Of a DNA stretch of 64,000 bases, positions 17,214-25,246 are shown piece after piece. Made by a program: the position numbers and the translations under genes. The stretch comes from Clostridia bacterium (GTDB taxonomy: Bacteria > Bacillota > Clostridia > Christensenellales > Borkfalkiaceae): NCBI GenBank assembly GCA_017626135.1, contig JAGAJI010000029.1, positions 2,328 to 66,327 of the forward strand. Reading direction: 5' to 3'. Under the pieces are notes generated by a model. It was not told the DNA's origin and did not search any database. It saw nothing but the letters and a program-made list of their open reading frames with translations. Within the stretch, counting starts at the first letter, position 1. Every line of letters starts with the position of its first letter.

Positions 17214-18772
17214 TACTTACTTTGTCGGATATCAAATTGCCCATTGATAAAGACGAACGGGAGCTCGTACGGATCGCGCAGAAAAAGCTCGGCGGTAAGG
17301 TCGGGCATTTTGCGATCAGGAAGAAATCTTTGGACGCGCGGGATAAAAACAATCTGCGTTACGTGTATACGATCGAATTTTCCAAAGAACGACTCCCCAA
17401 GGAGAAGAGAGAGTTTGACAAATTGCCCGATCGGAAACGCCCCGACGAGCCCGTCGTGGTGGTGGGGAGCGGCCCTGCGGGGCTCTTTTGCGCCGTGCGT
17501 CTGCTCGATCACGGGATTCGGCCCATCGTGTTGGAACGCGGCGGCAGCGTCGAGGAACGGGAGAAAAAGACCAACGCCTTCTTTTCGACGAGGAAGTTGG
17601 ACGGGAATACGAATATTCAGTTCGGCGAAGGGGGCGCGGGGACGTTCTCGGACGGGAAACTCAACACGCAGACGCACAGTCCCTTGAATCGGGAGGTGTT
17701 GGAACTGTTCGTGCGCTTTGGCGCGCCCGAAGAAATTCTCTATCTGGCGAAGCCGCACATCGGCAGCGACAAGCTGAAAACGGTGGTGAAGAATATGCGC
17801 GAATATATCCGCGCGCAGGGCGGCGAAGTGCTGTTCAACACCCGTCTGGAAGAGATTTTCATTCGCGACGGACGGATAAGAGAGATTACAATAAAATCGC
17901 TCGATAAAGACATGGTATGCCCGTACGGGGAAAAATTGCCCGTTTCCGCCCTGATCTTGGCGATCGGACACAGTGCGCGCGATACCTTTGAAATGCTCGA
18001 TCGAAAGGGCGTGCCCATGCGGCAGAAGGACTTTGCCGTCGGGGTGCGCGTGGAGCATTTGCAATCGAGCATCGGTTTGGCGCAGTACGGGCAGGCGTAT
18101 ACGCGGCTCCCTGCGGCGGACTATAAACTCGTTTCGCACGCATCCGAGCGTGCGGCGTTCACCTTCTGTATGTGCCCCGGGGGGTACGTCATGCCTGCCG
18201 CGAGCGAGGAAGGGGGCGTGGTCGTCAACGGCATGAGCAATTACGCCCGTGACGGCGTCAACGCCAACAGCGCGCTGATCGCGCAGGTGACGGGGGCGGA
18301 TTTCGGAAGCGAACACCCCTTGGCGGGCGTGGAGTTCCAAAGGAAACTCGAACGGGCGGCGTTCGTGGCGGGCGGAAGGGATTACGCCGCGCCCGTGCAA
18401 CGCATCGGGGACTTTTTGGAGAATAGGACGAGCTCTTATTTCGGGGACGTACTACCCACTTACGCGGCGGGGACAACGTTTGCGAATTTGTCCGACGTGC
18501 TACCCGTGTCCGTGACGAACACGTTGAAAGCGAGTATTTTGGATATGGATCGCAGACTCAAAGGGTTCGCAAATCCCGACGGAATTTTGACGGCGGTGGA
18601 GAGCCGCACCAGCTCCCCTCTTCGTATGGAACGGGACGAAAGTATGCAGTCCGTGGGCGTTCGGGGACTCTACCCCTGCGGCGAGGGAGCAGGCTACGCC
18701 GGGGGGATCACCTCGTCTGCGGCGGACGGGCTCCGCGTGGCGGAAGGCGTCTTTTACCAGTTTTTGGAATAA
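17207..18772 (+). CDS. FAD-dependent protein (COG2509-type NAD(FAD)-utilizing dehydrogenase)
   Basis: VVVGSGPAGLFCA Rossmann motif. C-terminal GLYPCGEGAGYAGGITSSAADG. I prefer the start at ATG 17207 (MRLLTLSDIK) with its G-rich SD. Confidence 0.85.
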   Translation: MRLLTLSDIKLPIDKDERELVRIAQKKLGGKVGHFAIRKKSLDARDKNNLRYVYTIEFSKERLPKEKREFDKLPDRKRPDEPVVVVGSGPAGLFCAVRLLDHGIRPIVLERGGSVEEREKKTNAFFSTRKLDGNTNIQFGEGGAGTFSDGKLNTQTHSPLNREVLELFVRFGAPEEILYLAKPHIGSDKLKTVVKNMREYIRAQGGEVLFNTRLEEIFIRDGRIREITIKSLDKDMVCPYGEKLPVSALILAIGHSARDTFEMLDRKGVPMRQKDFAVGVRVEHLQSSIGLAQYGQAYTRLPAADYKLVSHASERAAFTFCMCPGGYVMPAASEEGGVVVNGMSNYARDGVNANSALIAQVTGADFGSEHPLAGVEFQRKLERAAFVAGGRDYAAPVQRIGDFLENRTSSYFGDVLPTYAAGTTFANLSDVLPVSVTNTLKASILDMDRRLKGFANPDGILTAVESRTSSPLRMERDESMQSVGVRGLYPCGEGAGYAGGITSSAADGLRVAEGVFYQFLE

Positions 18773-18994
18773 AGTAGACAAACCGTTTCGTAGAATTGTG
18801 AGAGAAGCAAACAAACTATGATAAAATATATAATTTTCACCTAATTTTCACACAGCTTTCATATTCCTATCACAAAATAGCGATACAATCTTGTGGCGAA
18901 AGGACGAAAGGGTTCTTTCCGAAGTGTGCAAACGGTGCCGGAAAAGGTCTATTGCGCACGAAAATAATTTGAGAATAGAATTAAAACGACTATA

Positions 18995-19291
18995 CTAAAA
19001 ACTTTTTTCATATTCTCTCACTAAGGTAGGAAACTCGCGCACAGCGAGCTTCCTATCTTTTTGTATACCGAAGTATTTCTCTTTGATAGTTCGGTATACA
19101 AAAAAGAGAAAACGAGGCGATTGATAGCCGAAACGTTCTCTCTTTTTCTGTTGGATGCAATCGTGGCACAGCCACGATAAAATCTTTTCTTCGTTCAGAT
19201 GAAATCCAAGGGCAAGCCTTTGCATGAAATCAAATCCGTCTGATTTTATTCCTGCGAAGCAGGAGTTCACCGCAAAAGCGATTTCCTTCAC
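18995..19291 (-). pseudogene. Possible relic of an IS3-type (rve integrase) transposase C-terminus; may equally be non-coding
   Basis: The segment ILSWLCHDCIQQKKRERFGYQSPRF resembles the ...YNxxRxHxxLGYxSPxxF end of rve-domain transposases. However, the ORF is crossed by strong hairpins and terminator-like structures and has no SD. Confidence 0.25.
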
Positions 19292-19387
19292 TTTGGGTGG
19301 AGTTCACCCGTCAAAGACGGATTTCATTGCGTGATACTCTGTCAAGAGCATGACGCCAAAGCCACGCCTTACACGTTTTTTCGTATA

Positions 19388-21019
19388 TTATATCTTGCGC
19401 ACGCCCAACTTCATGGTGGCGAATAAAACGCCGTTCTCACCTGCGTTCTCTTCCGTCGTTTCCGCTGCGTCCTCGGCAACTTCCGCCTCGGGCTCTTCCG
19501 CAACTTCCGCCACGGGGATTTCCACCGCATCGACGGGCGCTTCCGTTTCCGAAAGCTCCGCTTCCACTTCCACGGGTTCCTCCACTTCCACCGTGTCTAC
19601 GACCATTTCAATGGCGTCGAGCACTTCCGTTTTTCTGCGGCGCGCCGTCTTTCTCACGGCGATACGCACCTTTCCCGAAGGCTGTGCGCAGACCGCTTTG
19701 ATCGCCTCGTAGTATACCTCGCTCATGAAACGGATCTTGTCGAAGGTCACGTATTCGTTCGCCTGATGAATGGTCGCCTCTTCGCCGTCGAGCTCGGGAC
19801 CGAACGCGCAGCCGCATTTCAACGCGCGTGCGTACGTGCCGCCACCGATGGCGATGGGGAACTCGTTTTTGCCCGTGATTTTGTTGTAGACCCCTACCAG
19901 TGTCTTGATGAGTTTCCCGTTCGGGTCGTTATAGAGGGGGGCTTGATAGTTGTCAATCACGTATTCCACACCGAATTCGTCGAGTTTTTCCGTCACTTTT
20001 TCCAAGGGCAAAGTTGCGGGGAAACGGATATCCGTCGTGATTTTCAAAACGCCGTTTTCAAAGGTCGCCACGTCGGGGGACATCGTCAGCTTGCCCGTTT
20101 CGTCTTCGAGGGATTTGAGTCCCGTCACGTCGTCGAACAGGCAATCGTACGCCTTCTTGCAATCTTCGTGGAAGGACGCGAAGAAACGGAGCATCGCCTG
20201 CAACGCGTTCGCGCCGAGCTCGGGGGTGGAGCCGTGGGCGGACTTGCCGTAGGCGCGCAAAAGATTCGTCGTATTGTCGTAGGAAAGGCGGGTGCCCGAC
20301 ACGGGGTTTTCATAATGCACGAGCTTTTCCGCTGCCTTTCGGGTGATGAACGCGGAGGCGTCTGCGCATACCATATTGACCCGTTCGCCGGCGTTCAACT
20401 TATACATGGGTGCCTCGTTTATGGGGAAAGAGGCGGTGAAATGCAAAATCCCTTTCTCGGCGTAGATGACGGGAAAGTTGGCGTCGGGGGTGAATCCTTC
20501 CTCGGGCATTTTCGCCACTTCGTTGTAGTGGTCGATACATTTCCAGCCTGCCTCCTCGTTGCAACCGACGATGAGTTTGATTTTGCGGTGCATGGGGAAT
20601 CCTTCGTCTTTAAGCGCTTTGAGCGCATACAGGCAGACGACGGCGGGCGTTTTGTCGTCCATCGCGCCGCGCCCCCAAATCTTCTTGCCTGCGACGCCGC
20701 CTTCGGAGACGTCGTCGTTGATCACGCCCTCGAAGGGGGGATATTTCCAGCCGCTCCCGGCGGGTACGACGTCGAGGTGGGCTAAAATGGCAAATTCCTT
20801 GCCTTCGCCGAAGACGACCTCGCCGACGTAATTGTCGTAATTATGCGTTTCAAAACCCATTTTTTCGGCGAGGCTCAAAAAGTACGCGAGGCAATCTGCC
20901 GCTTCCTTGCCAAAGGGGTAGCCTTCTTCCGCAGGTTGGAGGGAAGAATCGAATTTGAGAATTTCTACGGTGGAATCGACGATTTCGTCGAAGTATTGTT
21001 CCATAATGTTTTGCATCAT
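19388..21019 (-). CDS. pepV: M20-family dipeptidase (PepV/Sapep-like) with ~95-aa basic-acidic C-terminal extension
   Basis: AILAHLDVVPAG, GRGAMDDKTPAV and CNEEAGW motifs. The core ends near ...YYEAIKAV. An unusual tail follows: KVRIAVRKTARRRKTE...VEVEEPVEVEAELSETEAPV... Confidence 0.8.
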   Translation of the reverse strand: MMQNIMEQYFDEIVDSTVEILKFDSSLQPAEEGYPFGKEAADCLAYFLSLAEKMGFETHNYDNYVGEVVFGEGKEFAILAHLDVVPAGSGWKYPPFEGVINDDVSEGGVAGKKIWGRGAMDDKTPAVVCLYALKALKDEGFPMHRKIKLIVGCNEEAGWKCIDHYNEVAKMPEEGFTPDANFPVIYAEKGILHFTASFPINEAPMYKLNAGERVNMVCADASAFITRKAAEKLVHYENPVSGTRLSYDNTTNLLRAYGKSAHGSTPELGANALQAMLRFFASFHEDCKKAYDCLFDDVTGLKSLEDETGKLTMSPDVATFENGVLKITTDIRFPATLPLEKVTEKLDEFGVEYVIDNYQAPLYNDPNGKLIKTLVGVYNKITGKNEFPIAIGGGTYARALKCGCAFGPELDGEEATIHQANEYVTFDKIRFMSEVYYEAIKAVCAQPSGKVRIAVRKTARRRKTEVLDAIEMVVDTVEVEEPVEVEAELSETEAPVDAVEIPVAEVAEEPEAEVAEDAAETTEENAGENGVLFATMKLGVRKI

Positions 21020-21150
21020 AGTCCTTCCTTGTTTTGGATTTTATATAGCGATTTGGTATTCTATACATTCTATTATACACGATTTTTTCTTTTTGGTAAA
21101 CAAAATGAACGGGGAAAGCGTAAAAAAATTCAAAAAAATACGGCGTGTCT

Positions 21151-21179
21151 TTGACATTTGCCTATCTTTGTGCTAAAAT
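21151..21179 (+). promoter_or_regulatory. Sigma-A promoter upstream of radC
   Basis: TTGACA (21151-21156), a 17-nt spacer, TGcTAAAAT (21171-21179). Confidence 0.6.
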
Positions 21180-21212
21180 AAGTATAGTAAGAAATTTTTA
21201 CGAGGGTGAAGT

Positions 21213-21917
21213 ATGGCTATACACGATGGGCACCGTCAACGGATGTATGAAAAAGCGGAAAAGGGAGTTTTGGCGGAACACGAATGGTTGGAAGTGTTGC
21301 TTTTTAACGCCATTCCCAGACGCAATACCAACGACATTGCGCACGCGTTGATTGCGCAGTTCGGCTCGGTGGCCAAGGTGTTTTTCGCCTCCTCGGAGGA
21401 ATTGCAGAAAGTTCCCGGCGTGGGGGCGAGCGTTGCCGCGCAAATTCGCGCGATCGGGCACTTTTTTACGCAGTATTGCGAAAGTCGGGAGCCCACCTAT
21501 GAAATCCCCTTCGAGACCAACGAGTTCATTTCTTTCGTGAAGGCGACGTATAAGGACCTTGCCGTCGAGGTGTTGGACGTGTATCTTTTGGACGGAGCGG
21601 GGTACGTGGAGCAGAGACGCCGTTTTTCGGCGCAGAGTATCGCCAGCGTACAGGTGGTGCCCGAGGGGATCACCTCCTTCATTCTCTCCGAAGGCGCCTC
21701 GGGGGTCGTGCTCGTGCATAACCATCCCTTCGGCTCGGCGATTCCCTCCGATTCCGACAATCTTTTAACGAAAAATTGTCAAGTGCTGTGCAGTCTCAAC
21801 AACCGACTTCTCTGCGATCATTTGATCTACGCGCCCGACGGCGTGTACAGTTACTATTTGGGCGGTGATTTGCCGAGAATGAGCAGAAAATATTCGATAG
21901 ACGGTATTTTAAGGTAG
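21213..21917 (+). CDS. radC: RadC-like JAB/MPN domain protein
   Basis: N-terminal GHRQRMYEK...EWLEVLLF....R.TNDIAHALIAQFGS. Helix-hairpin-helix ELQKVPGVG. JAMM motif HNHPFGSAIPSDSD. Confidence 0.85.
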   Translation: MAIHDGHRQRMYEKAEKGVLAEHEWLEVLLFNAIPRRNTNDIAHALIAQFGSVAKVFFASSEELQKVPGVGASVAAQIRAIGHFFTQYCESREPTYEIPFETNEFISFVKATYKDLAVEVLDVYLLDGAGYVEQRRRFSAQSIASVQVVPEGITSFILSEGASGVVLVHNHPFGSAIPSDSDNLLTKNCQVLCSLNNRLLCDHLIYAPDGVYSYYLGGDLPRMSRKYSIDGILR

Positions 21918-21921
21918 AGGT

Positions 21922-23235
21922 ATGGAAGACAAGGAACGGGATAAAAATAAACGAAGCCGTCGTTTGGAATGGGAAACGGGGGTGCGCGTTCTCAAATATT
22001 TTGAGAATATGTTTGCCGATACTTCGAACGAAGGGGAACGTCGTTTCATCGGTTTTTGTAAAAAGGTGCTCTTTTTTGCGGTGCTTTTCATCGAATTGCT
22101 CCTGCTTTCCGTACACGTGGAGTTTTGGGTGAAAGAGGGGGACTGGGTCGGGTTCCTCATCGTGACGGGGATCGTGCTCGCATTGACGGCGGCGCAGGTG
22201 GTGAGCTTGTTCGTCCTGAAAAGCGGAGGATATCGGAAATCGTTGTACGTGTTGCAATCGCTATCCGTTTGCGCCCTTCTCATCCTGACGAAGGGACCCT
22301 ACGCCTTTTTGCTGTATATGCTCATGCTCACGCAGCTCTATCTGGATATTCCCAACAGCCGCGTGTCCGTGTGGATCCTCGTCGGGGCGCTCTTGCTGTA
22401 TACGGGATGTTACGTGGGACAGGTGTTCCTGTCGCTCGGCGACAATTTCAATCTGTTCGACATCTTGCGCGATACCCTCGGTTCGCTTGGATTCTTGGCG
22501 TTGCATTTCTTGGTTTTGCAGATCGCGATGGCGTTCTATCGGCAGTACCTCAGACTCAATCGTACGTTGAAGGAGTTGGACGAGAGCAAGCGGGAGCTCG
22601 AAAAGGCGTACGCGGTGGTGGCGGAAGTGTCGGCACTCGAAGAACGGCAAAGGATCGCCAAGGACATTCACGATACGGCGGGACATTCGCTCACGACGGT
22701 CATCATGCAGACGGAGTCGGCAAAGCGGATCATCGAGAGCAATCCCGAGGAAGCCAAGACGAAAATCATCGCGGCGAATTTGCAGGCGAAAACGACGTTG
22801 GAGCGGCTCCGCGAGAGCGTGCACCTGTTGTCGGGCATGACGGAGGGGACGACGCTTAAAACGGCGCTCGAGAGTATCGTGCACGAGTCCACGGACGGCA
22901 CGGGAATCCGTATTCGCTCGGAGATCGCGGACATGGTCCTGTCCTTTTCCAAAAGTCGCTTTCTTTGCAACGCGCTGCGCGAAGGGATATCCAACGGACT
23001 TCGGCACGGCAACGCCACGGCGTTTTGGGTGGAATTGAAAGAGGAGGACGGGAAGGCGCACTTCCTGCTTTCGGACAACGGCAAGGGCATGAACGTGGAG
23101 GAGTGGAAACTCGGGTTCGGGCTCAACTCTATGCGCGAGCGTGCAAATTCCTTCGGTGGAGACGTGCAGTTCTATTCCGAACCCGACGAGGGGTTTGAAA
23201 TTCATATTACCATACCTATGGATGCGGAGGTATAA
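21922..23235 (+). CDS. Sensor histidine kinase (HisKA_3 / NarL-partner type)
   Basis: Multi-TM N-terminus. H-box AKDIHDTAGHSLTT. HATPase motifs NGLRHGNAT, LSDNGKGM, GFGLNSMRERA. Confidence 0.85.
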   Translation: MEDKERDKNKRSRRLEWETGVRVLKYFENMFADTSNEGERRFIGFCKKVLFFAVLFIELLLLSVHVEFWVKEGDWVGFLIVTGIVLALTAAQVVSLFVLKSGGYRKSLYVLQSLSVCALLILTKGPYAFLLYMLMLTQLYLDIPNSRVSVWILVGALLLYTGCYVGQVFLSLGDNFNLFDILRDTLGSLGFLALHFLVLQIAMAFYRQYLRLNRTLKELDESKRELEKAYAVVAEVSALEERQRIAKDIHDTAGHSLTTVIMQTESAKRIIESNPEEAKTKIIAANLQAKTTLERLRESVHLLSGMTEGTTLKTALESIVHESTDGTGIRIRSEIADMVLSFSKSRFLCNALREGISNGLRHGNATAFWVELKEEDGKAHFLLSDNGKGMNVEEWKLGFGLNSMRERANSFGGDVQFYSEPDEGFEIHITIPMDAEV

Positions 23236-23238
23236 AGG

Positions 23239-23892
23239 ATGACGGAGAAAAAGATTAAAGTGTTGGTCGTGGATGATCAGCAGGAGTTGGCGGCAGAGAT
23301 TGCGGACATACTTAGAACGGATCGTCAGCTCGACGTGTTGGGTACGGCGGTCGACGGGGCGGATGCGCTCGAAAAAATGTCGGACAGCGTGCCTGACGTC
23401 GTATTGCTCGATATCCGTATGCCGAACATGAACGGTCTGGTGGCGACAAGCCGTATTAAAGCGGAACACCCCGATACCAAGGTGCTCATTTTAACGACGT
23501 TCGACGACAGCGATTATATTCTGAACGCCATCAACAATGGCGCGTGCGGTTATCTTTTGAAGGATATCGGCGGGGATACGTTGATCAGAGCGGTGAAAAA
23601 CGCGTACGAGGGGGATACCATTCTGCCTGCGAAGATCGCCCGTCGCATCGCCGACGCCGCAAAACACGTGGCGGCGGATCGTGAGATTCGTCTCACCCGC
23701 GCGTTCAAGATGTCCGATCGGGAAGTGGAAGTGGCGCTCATGATGTACGAGGGCTTTACCAACCGCCAGATTTCGGGTGCGCTCAAACTCTCCGAAGGGA
23801 CGACGAGAAACTATATCTCTTCCATTTACGAGAAGACTAAGAGCGAAAATCGCGTGGAAGCCATACAGGCAATCAAGGCGGTTTTGTCGTAA
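23239..23892 (+). CDS. Response regulator, LuxR/NarL family
   Basis: Receiver domain (VLVVDDQ...LLDIRMPNMNG). C-terminal LuxR helix-turn-helix (SDREVEVALMMYEGFTNRQISGALKLSEGTTRNYISSIYEK). Confidence 0.9.
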   Translation: MTEKKIKVLVVDDQQELAAEIADILRTDRQLDVLGTAVDGADALEKMSDSVPDVVLLDIRMPNMNGLVATSRIKAEHPDTKVLILTTFDDSDYILNAINNGACGYLLKDIGGDTLIRAVKNAYEGDTILPAKIARRIADAAKHVAADREIRLTRAFKMSDREVEVALMMYEGFTNRQISGALKLSEGTTRNYISSIYEKTKSENRVEAIQAIKAVLS

Positions 23893-23913
23893 ATAAGGGA
23901 AAACGGGCATACC

Positions 23914-24552
23914 ATGTATAAGACGATTATCTTTGATTTGGACGGAACACTACTCGATACCCTCGACGATTTGACGAGCGCGACCAACGCCGCGCTGTAC
24001 GCTTTCGGGCAACCCGCGCGGACGCGTGAAGAAGTCCGCGTCTTCGTCGGGAACGGTATCAAGAAGCTCATGGAACGGGCGCTTGGAGAACGTGTCGATT
24101 TGCTGACGGAGGCTTTGGAGACCTTCAAGCAATATTACGGCGCCCATTGCGCCGAGCAAACCAAGCCGTACGAGGGGATCCTTCCCTTATTGCGGGCGCT
24201 TAAAAGTCGGGGCGTGAAAACGGCGGTGCTCTCCAACAAGGCAGACTTCGCCGTGAAGAAGTTGGCGAAAGAATATTTTCCCGAGTTGCTCCTTGCGGCT
24301 GTGGGGGAGAACGAGGCGGCGGGCATTCGCAAAAAGCCTGCGCCCGACGCGCTGTTCGCCGTGATGAGGGAGCTTGAAACGGAGCGAAAAGATACGCTGT
24401 ACGTCGGGGATTCCGAGGTGGATATTCAGACGGCGCAAAACGCAGGCGTGGCTTGTCTATGCGTAACTTGGGGATTCCGAGATAAGGAATTTCTGCTTGC
24501 GCATGGCGGAAAAAACTTCGTGGACGATCCCATGGAAATCTTGAATTTTTGA
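23914..24552 (+). CDS. HAD-family hydrolase (phosphoglycolate phosphatase-like)
   Basis: Motif I IIFDLDGTLLDT, motif II VLSNK, motif IV YVGDSEVD. Confidence 0.85.
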   Translation: MYKTIIFDLDGTLLDTLDDLTSATNAALYAFGQPARTREEVRVFVGNGIKKLMERALGERVDLLTEALETFKQYYGAHCAEQTKPYEGILPLLRALKSRGVKTAVLSNKADFAVKKLAKEYFPELLLAAVGENEAAGIRKKPAPDALFAVMRELETERKDTLYVGDSEVDIQTAQNAGVACLCVTWGFRDKEFLLAHGGKNFVDDPMEILNF

Positions 24553-24576
24553 AAAAGGAAGGGGGCAGGTATGCGT
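24553..24576 (+). repeat. Dispersed motif copy D: AAAAGGAAGGGGGCAGGTATGCGT
   Basis: Begins 1 nt after the HAD stop. Its first 21 nt are identical to copy E (32692-32712). The ATG opens only MRPF-stop. Confidence 0.9.
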
Positions 24577-24594
24577 CCATTCTAAAATAGGCAT

Positions 24595-24626
24595 AAAAAA
24601 CGGAGCGTTTTGTACGCTCCGTTTTC
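24595..24626. terminator. Bidirectional terminator between convergent genes
   Basis: AACGGAGCG-tttgtta-CGCTCCGTT, flanked by an A-run and a T-run. Confidence 0.8.
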
Positions 24627-24644
24627 GTCTGTTTTTTGGCTGGT

Positions 24645-25205
24645 TTACATAATTTCGTAGGTGGCGGAATTGATCGTAATCACCACCTTTTTGCAATAGA
24701 CGAAGAGGTAGTGTCCGCGTTTGGGACAAAAGCTGATCACGCCGCCGTCAACGATTTTGTCACAACTTCGAATACGTGTCTGCAAGGCGGTGAAAAAATC
24801 TTCCTCGGGGGAGATTTTCAAATTTTTTCGCAACTTCTTTTCCAGTCGGGGATTTTGAATATGCAATTTGTCGAAGTTTTCATACAGTCCCTTTATCATA
24901 CCGTTCTTGCGTTCGTCCGCCTCCTCTTGCAAGAGGGAAAGGGCGGTGTCAAAATGCGAGAAAGGAACGAATATCCGACATTTGCCGGCGGGCAGGGCAA
25001 GCCTTCCTTCCAAACCCGTGCGCCAAGGCATGACCACGCAGGGGATATCCTGCTCGGCGAACATATCCTGATAGAAGTTGCCTTGCAGTTCGCCCACTTC
25101 CGCCAACAGACAGAAGTCGTCCGCTTGCACTTCGCGCAAGGTTTTGCCGCAGACGGGGCAGGTCGATTCCTCGTAAACGGATTTGCAGGTTTCGCAATAG
25201 TTCAT
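24645..25205 (-). CDS. Hypothetical protein with N-terminal zinc ribbon (CxxC...CxxC) and DUF2007-like domain
   Basis: MNYCETCKSVYEESTCPVCGK.... The start at 25205 lies 41 nt downstream of the mgtE stop, so the two are probably co-transcribed. The track ORF extending to 25772 overlaps mgtE and is not credible. Confidence 0.6.
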   Translation of the reverse strand: MNYCETCKSVYEESTCPVCGKTLREVQADDFCLLAEVGELQGNFYQDMFAEQDIPCVVMPWRTGLEGRLALPAGKCRIFVPFSHFDTALSLLQEEADERKNGMIKGLYENFDKLHIQNPRLEKKLRKNLKISPEEDFFTALQTRIRSCDKIVDGGVISFCPKRGHYLFVYCKKVVITINSATYEIM

Positions 25206-25246
25206 AATTTTTCTCCTTTTTGACAAAAATCGCAAAATCGGGGGAA

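Noticed and set aside
18880-18960. Riboswitch-like string (GGCGAAAGGACGAAAGGG...GCAAACGG...), considered as a c-di-GMP/GEMM-type element
   Set aside because: I could trace no convincing two-hairpin GEMM architecture or conserved receptor motifs, and no downstream gene on that strand could be regulated.
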